A DNA stretch of 64,000 nucleotides, taken from contig JABVCE010000013.1 in the NCBI GenBank assembly GCA_014905635.1, positions 310,001 through 374,000 on the forward strand, read 5' to 3'. Each line of letters begins with the position of its first letter. The first letter of the stretch is position 1. Below are positions 23,742 to 34,661 of the stretch, piece after piece. Origin of the DNA: Scenedesmus sp. PABB004 (lineage: Eukaryota). The notes beneath the pieces are model-generated. The model did not search any database and had not been told where the DNA came from. It saw only the letters and a list, made by a program, of their open reading frames with translations. The position numbers were made by a program, and so were the translations under genes.

Positions 23742-24421
23742 CTTGGCGAGCCTTGGCGGTGGCGGGCGGGGGTGGGCGCCGCTGCGGCAGCTGCTGCGCG
23801 CGCGGGGTGCGCCGCCGGGTTGGTGCGCCGTGCGGAGGCTGCGTGCGCGATGAGTGGGCAGCGGCTGGCCGGCGGCGGCGGGCGGGGAGGTTGTGGTCGG
23901 CAGGCGGGCTGACTGCCAGCCGTGGGGTGAGTCCACCTCGACGTCACCCGGCTCGTGCAGCCATCCGTTCGCTGACCCGCGGCCCCAAAAATTCCAGGAT
24001 TCGAAGCTGCAAGGCTCCGACAGCAGCGACGGGCACAAGAGCGGCGGGCGGCGCCGCGGCGCCCGCCGCCGCGGCCGCCGGCGCGGCGTGCGGCCCAGCG
24101 GCGTCCCGGGATCGCCGGCCGGCCACGCGGCTACACTCAAGGAGCTCGCACCGAGCCGCTGGGATGCCGGCGCGCGGCGGCAGCTCTTCTGCGGCAGTTG
24201 GCGTTCGCGCGCGCCGCCTCCTCGCCTGCCGCGGCCTGCTGCGCCGGCGCGCGCCGCCGCGGCCACACCACTCGCCCCGTTCGCGCCTCCTCTCGAGACG
24301 GCCGCCGACCCACTGCGCACGCTCCTGGGCCGCCACGCCGCCGCTCTCCGCCGCCGCTGCTCGCCGCTCTCCGCCCGACGCGCCGCGCCGAGCCCGTCGC
24401 AGCCGCCGCCCCCCGGCCGCC

Positions 24422-25692
24422 ATGGCCGCCCGGGCGCCGGACGCGGGGCCCACCAGCCCGCGCGCGGTGAACGTGGGCCACTCGCAGCTGCTCGACGCGC
24501 CGCTGCAGCGCGAGGCGCTCGCGCCGGGCGGCGAGGCCGCGAGCCTGCTCGAGGCGCGGCGCAAGTTCAGCAGCGCCCTGGAGAGCAGCGTGCTGGACTA
24601 CCTGCACTTCGGGCCGCAGCAGCTGGAGGAGTGAGTTTTCTTTGCCGCACGCCGCAGCTTCGTTGGCGCCGCGCGCCGCCGCTGCTCGCCGCACCGCGCG
24701 CCGCACGATAGCTCACCACGCGCGCGCCGCCCCGCCTGCCAGCTGCGTGCGCACGTTGCACACGCTGTTCGACAACATCGTGCAGCACCCGGGCGACGCC
24801 AAGTTCCGCCGGGTGCGCGTGCACGCGCGGTCGACGAGGCCGCACGACGGCGCGGCGCGGCGCGCCCCGCGCTGACCGCGCCCCGCGCCCCGCGGCCGCG
24901 CCCCACAGATCAAGGCGAGCAACAAGGCGTACCTGCGGCACGTGGTGGGCGTGAACCACACGGAGGGGCTCATGCTGCAGGCCGGCTGGCGCTCCAAGGC
25001 GCGGCGGCGGCCCGGGGCGGCGCGCCCGGCGCGCGCGGCGAGCCCCGCGGTCGGCCCCTGGCGGCGCGCCGACGCAGGGGCCACTGTCGCCGCCGCCATG
25101 CAGGTGGTGGACTTGGAAAAGTCGTGGGTGTGGGAGCACGAGCCCAGCAGCCACGAGTTTAGGTGCAGCGCGGCGCGCCGGCGCAGCCCCACCCCGGGCG
25201 GCGGCAGCCCCGCCGCGGGCCGCCGGCGCTGACCGCCCGGCGGCCGCGCGCCGCGCGCCGCCCCAGGGTGCTGGTGGAGGTGACCGAGGTGCTGGCCAAG
25301 GCGCAGGCCACGCTGCACGCCAAGGCAGAGGTGGCCGCGCCGCGCCGCGCAGCAGCAGCAGCAGCAGCAGCGCTGGCAGGCGCTGCGCGCGGCGCGCCGG
25401 GAGCCGCCCGCGCGGCTGCCCGCGCCTCGAGCCCCGGCGCCGCCCGCCCGCCCGCCCGCCCGCCCGCCCGCCCGCCCGCCCGCCCGCCCGCCCGCCCGCC
25501 CGCCGGCCGCAGCGCAAACGCAAGGAGGAGGAGGAGCGGAAGAGCAAACACGCTGCCGAGCGCGAGCGCATCCGGCTGGCGCTGGAGGACGACCGCCGGC
25601 AGCGGCTGCTGACCGCCGAGCTCACGGCCGCGCGGCCCCACGCGGCGCCCGCGCCCGACGCGGGCGCCGCCGCCGACGCGCCCGACGGCTGA
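24422..25692 (+). CDS. PUB-domain (p97/CDC48-binding) protein with C-terminal coiled coil
   Basis: CVRTLHTLFDNIVQHPGDAKFRR-IKASNKAYLRHVVGVNHTEGLMLQAGW matches the PUB pattern NI..HP...KFR.I...N. C-terminus RKRKEEEERK...ERIRLALEDDRRQR. Confidence 0.82.
25443..25503. repeat. (CCCG)n tetranucleotide microsatellite in an intron
   Basis: About 15 visible units. Confidence 0.9.
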
Positions 25693-25976
25693 CCCGCGCG
25701 GCGGCGGCGCGCTCAGTCAATGTCCATCGACCTGCGCATGAGCGCGCGCGCATCAGTTGAGAGTCGCGGTTGCCGGCGCGCCCTGAAACACCTGGGCTGC
25801 GCCGGAGCGCGTGCCGAGCCCGGGGTTGAGTGCTGGGGTTGAGTGCCGTGCAGCCAAAAACCCGACGCCGCTGCCCGGGCGCATCCACTTGCGGCGCCGC
25901 CAGCCAGCTCGGTCCACACAGCGCGTGCAGCACGCAGCCAACCCCACGACAGCAGCAGCAGCACGCCAGCAGCACG

Positions 25977-26893
25977 ATGGTGGCCAAGGTGGGCGACAAG
26001 CTCCCCGACGCGGCGGCGGCGCTGAAGCTGCCAGACTGCAGCGACATCAACGTCGACGAGGTGTTCAAGGGCAAGAAGGTGGGAGAGCGCTGGGGGCAGC
26101 GGCGCTGCTGCTGGGGGCCGCGGCGCGGCAGCGTTGGCGGCGCGCCTCTGCTGCTGCTGGCGCCGTCTGCCAGCTCTCTGCCGGCGCGCCCGGTCGCGAC
26201 GTCGGAGCGGGTTTGGGCGCTCTGCGCGCTGCGTGCTGATCCAGGGCGCGCCCTGGCCTGCAGCGCGCGCGAGCAGCGGGGAGCGCACCGCTGCTGCTCA
26301 CGCCACGCCCACGCCCCGCAGGTGGTGCTGTTCGCCGTGCCGGGCGCGTTCACGCCCACGTGCTCGAAGACGCACGCCCCCGGCTTCATTGAGCACGCGG
26401 AGGCGCTGAAGGTGCGCCACGCGCCGGCGGCAGCGCGCGCCGCGCGCCGCGGCGCCCGCGCCGCGCGCCCAGCGCGCGCCCGCGCCGCGGCAGGCCAAGG
26501 GCGTCGACACGATCGCGTGCGTCTCGGTGAACGACCCGTTTGTGATGGACGCCTGGGCCAAGAGCCTCAACGCTGGCAGCGCACTCCTCTTCCTGGCTGA
26601 CGGCAACGGCACCTTCACCGAGGCGCTCGGCCTCGAGCTCGACGGCAGCGGCTTTGGCCTCGGCAAGCGCAGCCGGCGCTACGCGATGGTCGTCGACGAC
26701 GGCGTCGTGAGCGCGCGGCGCGCGGGGGCCCCGCGGTGGGCCGCGGCGGCCAGCGCGGGGCGGCGCGGCCGAGCGCTGCGCCCGACCGCGTCCGCGCGCC
26801 GCGCCGCACGCCGCGCAGATCACCAAGCTGAACCTTGAGGAGGGCGGCGGCCTGACCTGCAGCGCCGCGAACGACGTGCTCGCGCTGCTCTGA
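25977..26893 (+). CDS. Type II (PRX5-like) peroxiredoxin
   Basis: KVGDKLP...[70 protein letters not shown]. Three GT-AG introns. Confidence 0.96.
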
Positions 26894-26932
26894 GCCCGCC
26901 GCCCGTGGGCCCGACCGGCGACAGGCGGCAGG

Positions 26933-26984
26933 GAGTTGCCGCTTGCCGGGGCGAGTTGCCGCTTGCCGGGGCGAGTTGCCGCTT
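26933..26984. repeat. 20-bp tandem repeat (gagttgccgcttgccggggc, about 2.6 copies) in the convergent 3' region
   Basis: Directly visible. It is followed by TTACA, which is the TGTAA polyadenylation signal on the minus strand. Confidence 0.8.
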
Positions 26985-27331
26985 ACATGGGCCGCGTGCT
27001 GCGCAGCGCCGCCGAGCAAGCCAGCAACAGGGAGCGCGCGCGGGCGCTGCGCCGCATGGCGGCAGGCCGCGCGCGCGGGGCTCGGGAAACGAAACACTCC
27101 ACGCCGCGCCCCCCGACGCCGACCCCCCTCGGGGTTCATGCGTGTGCCGCCGGCCCCGGCCCGCCGAGGTCTGTCTGTGCGCAGCCAACCAGACAAGTAC
27201 AACCGCGCGCGCGCCGACATTGCTCGCCGCGCGGCGCCACATCCTGCGGGTGCCCCAAAACTCTGCCGCGCCACCCAGCGCGGCCCAGCGCAGCAGCCCA
27301 GCGCGCGGCCTCGCGCCCCGCCCCGGCCGCC

Positions 27332-28235
27332 TCACGCGACGCGGTCAAAGTTGGCGTCCGGCTCGCTCAGCAGCTTTTCCTTGACCAGCTCCGCCTCGAT
27401 GTCATCCAGGTACACGATGCCCAGCGGCGTGAACGCGTCGTCGACGACGACCGCCGCCTCGCTCGCGCGCGCGGCGAGCGCGTCGCGCGCCTGCTCGAGC
27501 GGCAGCGTGTGCCGCACGTACAGCCGCGCCGGCGTCGCGATCACGCTCTCGACCGTCTTGACCTGCCGCCGCACCGCGACCGCGACGGGCGGTCCGCCGC
27601 CGGCGGCGCTGCCCGGCCGGCCCGCGCCGCCGCCGCCGCCGAGCGCGGTCGGCGCGCTCGCGCCCGGCGCGGCGTCGTCGCCGGCGGCGCTGCCGCCAGC
27701 CGCGGCCGCCGCCGCTGCGGCGAGCGCCGCCGGCGCGGCGGCGCCGTCGGGCCCGGCGCCCCAGAAGAGCATCTTCTCCTTGAGGTACACGCCGGTGAGC
27801 ACCTTTTCGAGCTTCTCGCTGAAGATGCCCTCCGCGTACTCGCTCACCAGGCTCGCCACGCCCACCGCCGCGAGCAGCGGCACAAACAGGCCCGTGTCGC
27901 TGCGCCGCGCGGGGCGTGTGTGCGCGGCGCGCGGCGGCGGCGTCAGGCGCGGCCTGACGCGGCGTGCGTGCTGGCGTGCTGTGCGTGCCGCGCAGCGCGG
28001 CGCGGGGCTCACCGCGTGATCTCGACCATCAGCCCAAACGCGGTCAGCGGCGCGCGGCACGCCGCGCCGAGCACCGCGGCCGCGCCGACGACGACGAGCG
28101 TGGTCGGGTCGGCGACGCCCCACCTGCGCACGGGCGCGGCGACGTGCGTCAGGCGCGGCGCGGCGTGTCGGGCGCGGCGCGCGGCGCCGGCGCAGCCACA
28201 GGCCTCCGCGCGGCGCGCGCGGCGGCGGCGCGGCG

Positions 28236-28267
<32 letters not shown>

Positions 28268-31186
28268 TGCGCGCCTGTTTGCGACAAAGTGGCCCATGAT
28301 GTCGCCGACGAGCGCGCCGATGAAGAGGCTGGGCGCAAAGAGGCCGCCCACGAGCCCGCCGCCGACGCAGACGCTCGTGGCGGCGATCTTTGCGAGCAGC
28401 AGCGAGGAGAGGTCGACGACCGACAGCCTTTTGGCGGAGGAGGCGAGGACGAGCGGAGGAGGGGGCAAGGGGGGAGCGCAGGAGGGAGTGCGAGCAGAGT
28501 GAGCGCAGGGCGGCGGGGCGCGTGCGCGCGGGCACGAGCGAGCGGGAGAGAGAGCGGGCCGCCGCCCCCTCGCGAGCGCGGGGGCGGCGGCGGGCCGGCG
28601 CGACGGCGCGCCTGGTCGAGTCCCTGAAGATCTCTTCCAGGTTGATGTAGCCGTACTGCACCTGGGGGAACTTGAACGCGATGAGCCCGCACACCGCGCC
28701 GCCGAGCGGCGCGCTCGCCCAGCGCGGCAGCGGGCGCAGCACGACCTCGCTCACGCGCACGCCCTCGTACAGCAGCACCGCCGCGCCGGCGCAGCCGACG
28801 CCGAGCGCCGAAAACTGCGGCGCAGCGCGCGCGGCGGCGGCGCATGTGGCGGCAGCGCAGGCGGCGTCGCGCGCGCTGCCGTCGCGCGCGGAGCCGTCGG
28901 CCGCCGGCGCGCGTTCAGTGCCGCGCGCCGCGCTGCGCGGACCTGGAGCACGTCTGTGAGCAGGTTTGGGTTTATGCTGAAGTAAGGGATGCGGCCAACC
29001 AGGTGCGTCGCGGCGCCGGTGATGCCCAGCGCCTGGCCCTGCGCGGCGGCGCGGGGCACCGGGCGGACGCTCGGCCACCGGGCGCGCGCCCCACGCGCCG
29101 CGCGCGCCGCCGCGCCCGCCCCGCGCCGCGCCGATCCCCGCCCGCCGCGCCGCCGCGCCGCGCCGCGCCTGGCCGCGCAGGAAGCCGATGACGCCGGCGG
29201 CGACGCTGGTGCTCGCAAACACGGTCGACGTGGAGAGGCGGTCGAGGCCGAGGCGGCTCGACTTGAGCACGAACTCAATCGCAAAGAGCGCGCCCGTCGC
29301 GGGCGCGTCAAACGCGGCAGACACGCCTGCGTGTGGGGGAGTGGCGAGGGGCGGGCGCGGTGGGCGGTGGGCAGTCGGCACGCGTGCGCGCGGGGGGCGG
29401 GAGGCGGGAGAGAGGGGGCAGGGCGGGCGCGCGGCGCGCCGCACCCGCCGCCGCGCCAGCCGCGACGAGCATGCGCTGCCGCCGCTTGGAGAGGTGCTTC
29501 GGCGCAAAGACCGCGGCCGTGTTGGCGCCGAGCTCGACGCTCGGCGCCTCGGGGCCGAGGCTCGCGCCGCTGCCGAGCGTGATTGCGCTCGCCGCCGCGC
29601 GCCGGAACACCTGCGCCGCCGCGCGGCGGCCCACCGTGAGGCGGCGCGGCGCGGCGCGGCGCGGCGCGAGGCGCGGGCGCGCAGGTGCGGGGCGAGCGGC
29701 GCGGCGCGCGGGCGCGGGGCGCGGGTGCGGCGTGCGGTGTGCGCGGGTGCGTGCCTGCCAGTAGCTCGTCGGCAGCGCCGCGTTCTTGGTGTCGTCGACG
29801 ACGCCCTCGATCGCGCGCGTGAGGAACTTGAGCGCGGGGCTGAACCCCCAGCTCTGCAGGTACGCGACCAGCAGCCCCGCGCCGATCGGCATGATGCACC
29901 TGCGGCGGCGGCGGGAGGGGGAGGGGTTGGCCCGGCGGCGGCGGCAGCGCACACAGCGCACGCGCGCGGGCCGGGCTCGCGCCTCCCCCCACGCGGGGCG
30001 CAGACCTGAAGGGGATGGCCGTCTCGCCGATGACGAGGCCCGTCGCGCGGCCGCCGCCGACGTGCAGCTGCGGCGGCGCGGCGGGCCCGGGTCGCGCGCG
30101 CGCTCGGCGCCGCGCGCTGGCCGCCCGCCGCCCGCGCGGCGCGGCGCATTGCGCGCGCGGGCGCGCGCGTGTGCGGCCATCCGCGCGCGCACCTGCGCAA
30201 AGATGTCTGGCAGGTCATGGATGTACTGGATGCTCACGTCAAAGGCAAACACACTCGTCGCGACGAGCCCGCCCATGCCCACGGCGTAGCTGAGCGTGAG
30301 CAGGTCGTCGCGGTTCTTCCACCACCCGCCGAGCGGCTCGCCCTCGTCCTCCTCCTGCCACGTGCCCGGCGTGTAGCTCGCGCCGCCGCGCGCGCCGCGG
30401 TAGCGCCGCTCCGGCGCCACGCCGGCGGGGCTGGAGTAGTTGAGGTCGGTCAGGCCCTCCGGCGTGTCCAGCTCGTCGACCTGCGGCGCGCGGCGGAGGG
30501 TTGGCGGCGTGGGTGCGAGGCGCACGCGCACGCGCCGCAGCGACCGCGGCGGCGGCGGCGCCGCCGCCACGGCGCCCCGCAGCGCCGCGCCCCGCTGCCG
30601 CCGCGCCCGCCGGCACCTGGCAGAGGTCGTCCGCGGAGTCGCTGGGGCTGAGTCCCAGGTCCTCGCATGACAGCACCGCGGTCTCGCCCGACACGGGCGA
30701 GCCGGCGCCGCTGCCGCCGCCGCCGTCGGAGCCGCTGCTGCCGCTGCTGCCGTCGCCCGCCAGCGCCGTGGCGCCCGCCTCGGCCTCCGCGACCAGCGTG
30801 CTGATGCTGCTGGCGGCCTCTGCGGCGTCGTAGCTGCTGCCGCCGCTGCCGTCGCCGCTGTCGGCCGCGGCAGCCGCGTCGTCGGCCGCCGACGCGCCGC
30901 TGTTGGCGCCGCCGCGGCTGCCGCTGCTCGTGTCCAGCGCGCGCGCCGGCGGCAGCCGCTGCTGCTGCCGCCCCGCTGTGCTGGCGGCGGCCGCGGGCGC
31001 TGCCGCTGCAGCGCCGCGCCCGCACCGCGCCGTCGCTGCTGCCGGCCGCGCGACGCCGGCGCCGCCGCCGCCGCCGCCGCCATGCGGCGCTCCAGCAGCC
31101 TTCAACGCCGAGGGCCGCAGCGGCGCGGGCCCTCGGCTGCCCCAGCGGCCCGCCGGCCGCGCCCCTGGGGCGCTGCGGGCCAGCAT
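27332..31186 (-). CDS. CLC chloride/anion channel with C-terminal CBS-like domain, plastid CLC-e/f-like
   Basis: Motifs TLGSGASLGPEAPSVELGA (gating Glu), AAGAAAGVSAAFDAPATGALFAIE, GGGLVGGLFAPSLFIG, CRAPLTAFGLMVEITRD and AVVVDDAFTPLGIV. Transit-peptide-like N-terminus. Confidence 0.93.
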
Positions 31187-31466
31187 GCCGAGCAGCAGCA
31201 CTGGCGCAGGCCGCGAGAGGCGCCCGCCGGCCTGCCCTGCCGTGAGGGGCGCGATCAGGGTGCACTGATCACGGGAGCGCGGGGCATCAAGCCCACCGGA
31301 CACGCGATTGGCGGCAGCGAGCACAAGTGCGAGGGTGGCACCGCTGGCGAGCGCGCGAGCCCGGGACGCTGCGTGTGGAGCCCAGGACGAGCATCCACAC
31401 TGCGGCAGCACGCCGGCGTCGCCTGTGGGCAGGGCTGGCACATGACGACGACGCACGCTGCTGCCA

Positions 31467-31570
31467 CACGCCGCCGCCGCGTGGAAGGCATCAATTGCCC
31501 CGCTCGCGTCACCCGCAGCTACATCAGTCCGCCCCCAGCTCGCAGCCGTGACCCCGCAAGCCGCCGCGCA
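31467..31570 (+). repeat. Direct repeat copy 1 (~100 bp), homologous to 34527-34644
   Basis: Shared blocks cacgccgccgcc, catcaattgccccgctcg(c/t)gtcacc(c/t)gcagc(t/c)acat and ccagctcgcagccgtgaccccgca(a/g)gccgccg. Confidence 0.9.
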
Positions 31571-31862
31571 CACTCGCGCGGCGGCCGCGCGGCACGGCGG
31601 CCGCTGGTCGGCGATCGCTGCTGGCTCGACGCCTGTGCGTGCAGCGCTGGGATGTGTCTGCCGACACCGAAACTCAGGCTTCCGGCTTGTCAGAGCGCCG
31701 TGGCGGGCGGTCGTAAAACTGGGAGTGGGCGGCGGCGAGGTGAGGCATCACCGGAAATGCCCACGCTCGCCCCCTGCGGCCAGCCCCACTCTCGCGCCGC
31801 CGCCCAGTCCGCGAAACATAGCTCGACGCGCCGCGTGGTGCCGCTCTCGCTCGCGCGGCGCC

Positions 31863-34367
31863 ATGGCAAGCTCCCGATCGCAGCGCCGACCGCCGCTGGC
31901 GCCGCTGGCGGCGCTCCTCCTGCTGGTCGCAGGCCGCGGCTGCTCGGCCTGCACGGAGGTCAGCACGGCACCGGCGCCGGCACGGTCGCGGGCCCGGGGT
32001 CGGCCGCGCCGCTGCCGCGACTGGGCCCGCTGCCACCGCTGGTGACGCCGCGCTCGCACGACCGGTCACCCGCGCGCGCGGCGCGCCGCCCGCCGCGCCG
32101 CGGCTGCGCAGGTCATCCTGAAGGACAAGTGCACCGCCGACGCGGTGGTGTCGGGGCGCACGATGTCGTTCCCTATCTCGCTGACGCCCGCGGTCTCCTG
32201 GGCGGCGGCGGGCGCGAAGCTGACGATGCTGCCCATCGCGCCGGGCCGGGACTCGACGTTTGGGGTGACCGTGACGGTCAAGATTCCATTCGTCTGCATC
32301 ACCCACGCGCGCTACGAGCTCGGCCAGCTCTTCCCGCAGTCCGACCCCATCAACGGCAAGGACTTTTTCTGGGTGCGCCGGCGCGCGCGGAGGACGCGCG
32401 GGCGCGCGGCGGAGCGCCCCCGGCGCCCACGCGCGCGCGCGCGCGGCGCGGACGCGGCCGCCGCCGCGCCGCCCGCAGTGCATCGACGGCCTGAACGCAA
32501 AGGGCCTCTCCGCTGCGGTGCTGGTGCGCGCGCCGCGCGCGCCGAGCGCCGCGCGCGCCGCACCCCCCGCCCGCTCCCCTCCCGGGGCCCGGCCTCCCGC
32601 GCGCCCCCGACCCGCGCGCCCCCGCCCCCCGTCCCGCCGCCTCGCCACGCCCCGCGCGCGGCCGCGCAGTACCAGGCCGAGTCTGTCGGCATGGCCGGCT
32701 ACGACGCCGCCAGCCCCAAGCGCGACGCCATCAACTTCATGAACCTCGGCGCCTTTGCGCTCGCGCGCTTCGACACCGTCGCGCCGCTGCGCCGCTTCCT
32801 GCGCGGCGGCCTGCAGGCGCGGCGGCGCGCGCCCGCGCCCGCGCGCCGCGGCGTGGCGCGGCGCGCGCGGGGGCTGGCAGCCCCCCGAGCGCGGCGCCGC
32901 CCGCCCGCCCGCCCGCCGCGCCCCGCGCACCGCCGGCAGGTCGTGTGGTCGCCCACGTACGACAAGTTTGGCAACGCGCTCAGCCAGGGCAAGGCGGACA
33001 ACCCCACGCTGCACGTGACCTTCCACGACGCGACGCGACAGGCGCGCGGCGCGCCGCCGCGGCGCGGCGCCGGCCCAGGCCCGCCGCGCGCGGGGCGCGT
33101 CGCGTGCCGCCGCCGGGCGCGCCCCTCCCCCGACATGCGCGCGCGCCGCTCGCCTCCCGGCAGGCGATAGCCTCGTCGTGCAGTGGCGCGCCGGCAAGAT
33201 GGAGGTGCTGGACAACCCGCTCGGCGTGTTTGCCAACAACCCGCTGCTCCAGGAAAGTTACAAGGCGCGCGGGCGGAGCCGCCGCCCGATGCCGGCCGGC
33301 TCTGCCGGGCTGTGCGTGGCGGGGGCGCGCGGCGCACAGGCCCGCGCGGGCCCGCGCCTCACGCCGCCTGCCCGCGCGCGCGCGCGCGCGCGCGCCGGCC
33401 CCCGCCGCGGCCGCAGCACCACGCGGAGTACCGGCGCAAGATGTTTGCAAACCCCAAGGGCGTCGCGCCGCCGGTGCGCGACCTCGGCGCGACCGACGTC
33501 GTTGACGCCGCGACGACGCAGCACCTGTTCTGGCCGGTGCCGGGTGCGCGGCCGCGCGGGCGCGCCGCGGCCCGCCGAGCGCGCCACGCCGGCGTGGCGC
33601 GGGCCCGCGCCGACCCCCGACCCGCGGCGCGCAGGCGACTACAGCGGCCCGTCGCGCTTCACGCGCCTCGCGCTCGTCAAGGAGGCCGCGCTGGGCGAGT
33701 GCTGGCGCAACACGAGCGCCCTCTTCCCAAAGCTCTACGAGACAGGTGATGCGGCGGCGCAGGGCCCTCCTCGGGAGGCGGCGGCCACGCGCGCGCGTGC
33801 ACTCCTCGGGAGCCGCCCCGACGCGCCGCGCGCCGCCGCGCGAGCCCGGGGCGCTGACGCGGCGCCGCCGCCGGCCCGGGCCGCCCCGCCGTGCGCGCAG
33901 CCAACCCGGACTACGTGTGGAAGGGCGCGCCGGCGTCAAACCCGACCCTCTTGACGGTGCTGGGCATCATCAATACCGTCTACCTGCCCAACGGTGCGGC
34001 GCCGCACCACCTGCCGCGGCGCGGCGGCCGCCCGCGGCGTTCACTCGCCGCGCCGTGCCGCCGCCGCCGCCGCGCCAGGCATCGACGACTCTGGCGGCCG
34101 CGGCCCGAGCAAGATGCCCGAGTTCACCGTCTACACCACGCTGCGCGACCACAGGGCGCGCGTGTTTTACTACCGCACGGCCAACACCCCCAGTTCAAGG
34201 CGGTCGACCTCAAGCGCGTCGACTGGGCCGCGCTGCCGGGCGCCACCGCGATGACCTACCTCGCGCCCGCGCCGGAGCCCTGGTTCGCGGACCACTCCAA
34301 CGAGTTCAAACGCGGCGTCTGGGGGACCGGGTCGCTCAAGATGGTCACCGACGGCCCCGGGCGCTAG
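31863..34367 (+). CDS. Secreted Ntn-hydrolase of the choloylglycine hydrolase / penicillin V acylase (CBAH) family
   Basis: Signal peptide ...LAALLLLVAGRGCSA, then CTE-VILK...VVSGRTMSF, CIDGLNAKGLSAAVL-Y, LHVTFHDAT-GDSLVVQW, NPLGVFANNP, PGDYSGPSRF and TVYTTLRDHRARVFYYRT. Apparent frame disruptions near 33035 and 34185. Confidence 0.88.
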
Positions 34368-34526
34368 CTGCGCGGCGCCGCGCTGCGTGCTGCGCGCGCA
34401 TGCGGGGCGCCGCTGGCCTGCCCTGCCCAGCCAGAGCGGCCGGCTGGCACGGTTGGGCCGCTGTGGCACGCATCGCTGAGCAAGCAGCGCCTGAGCGAGT
34501 TTAACGAACGACAACCGCCACAACAC

Positions 34527-34644
34527 CACGCCGCCGCCCCGCGCCATCAATTGCCCCGCTCGTGTCACCTGCAGCCACATTATTCCGCCGCCGCCACATT
34601 ATTCCGCCGCCAGCTCGCAGCCGTGACCCCGCAGGCCGCCGAGC
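34527..34644 (+). repeat. Direct repeat copy 2, with an internal 19-bp tandem duplication; promoter/5'UTR region of the gene at 34662
   Basis: Homologous to 31467-31570. The unit gccacattattccgccgcc occurs twice. The repeat ends about 17 bp before the ATG at 34662. Confidence 0.9.
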
Positions 34645-34661
34645 AGCACGCACCAGACAAC

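Noticed and set aside
25977..26893. Selenoprotein or stop readthrough in the peroxiredoxin
   Set aside because: The catalytic residue is a normal Cys codon (TPTCS) and there is no in-frame TGA before the stop.
31467..34644. LTR retrotransposon bounded by the direct repeats
   Set aside because: No TG...CA termini, primer-binding site, polypurine tract or gag/pol were seen. The interior is an intron-containing cellular gene.
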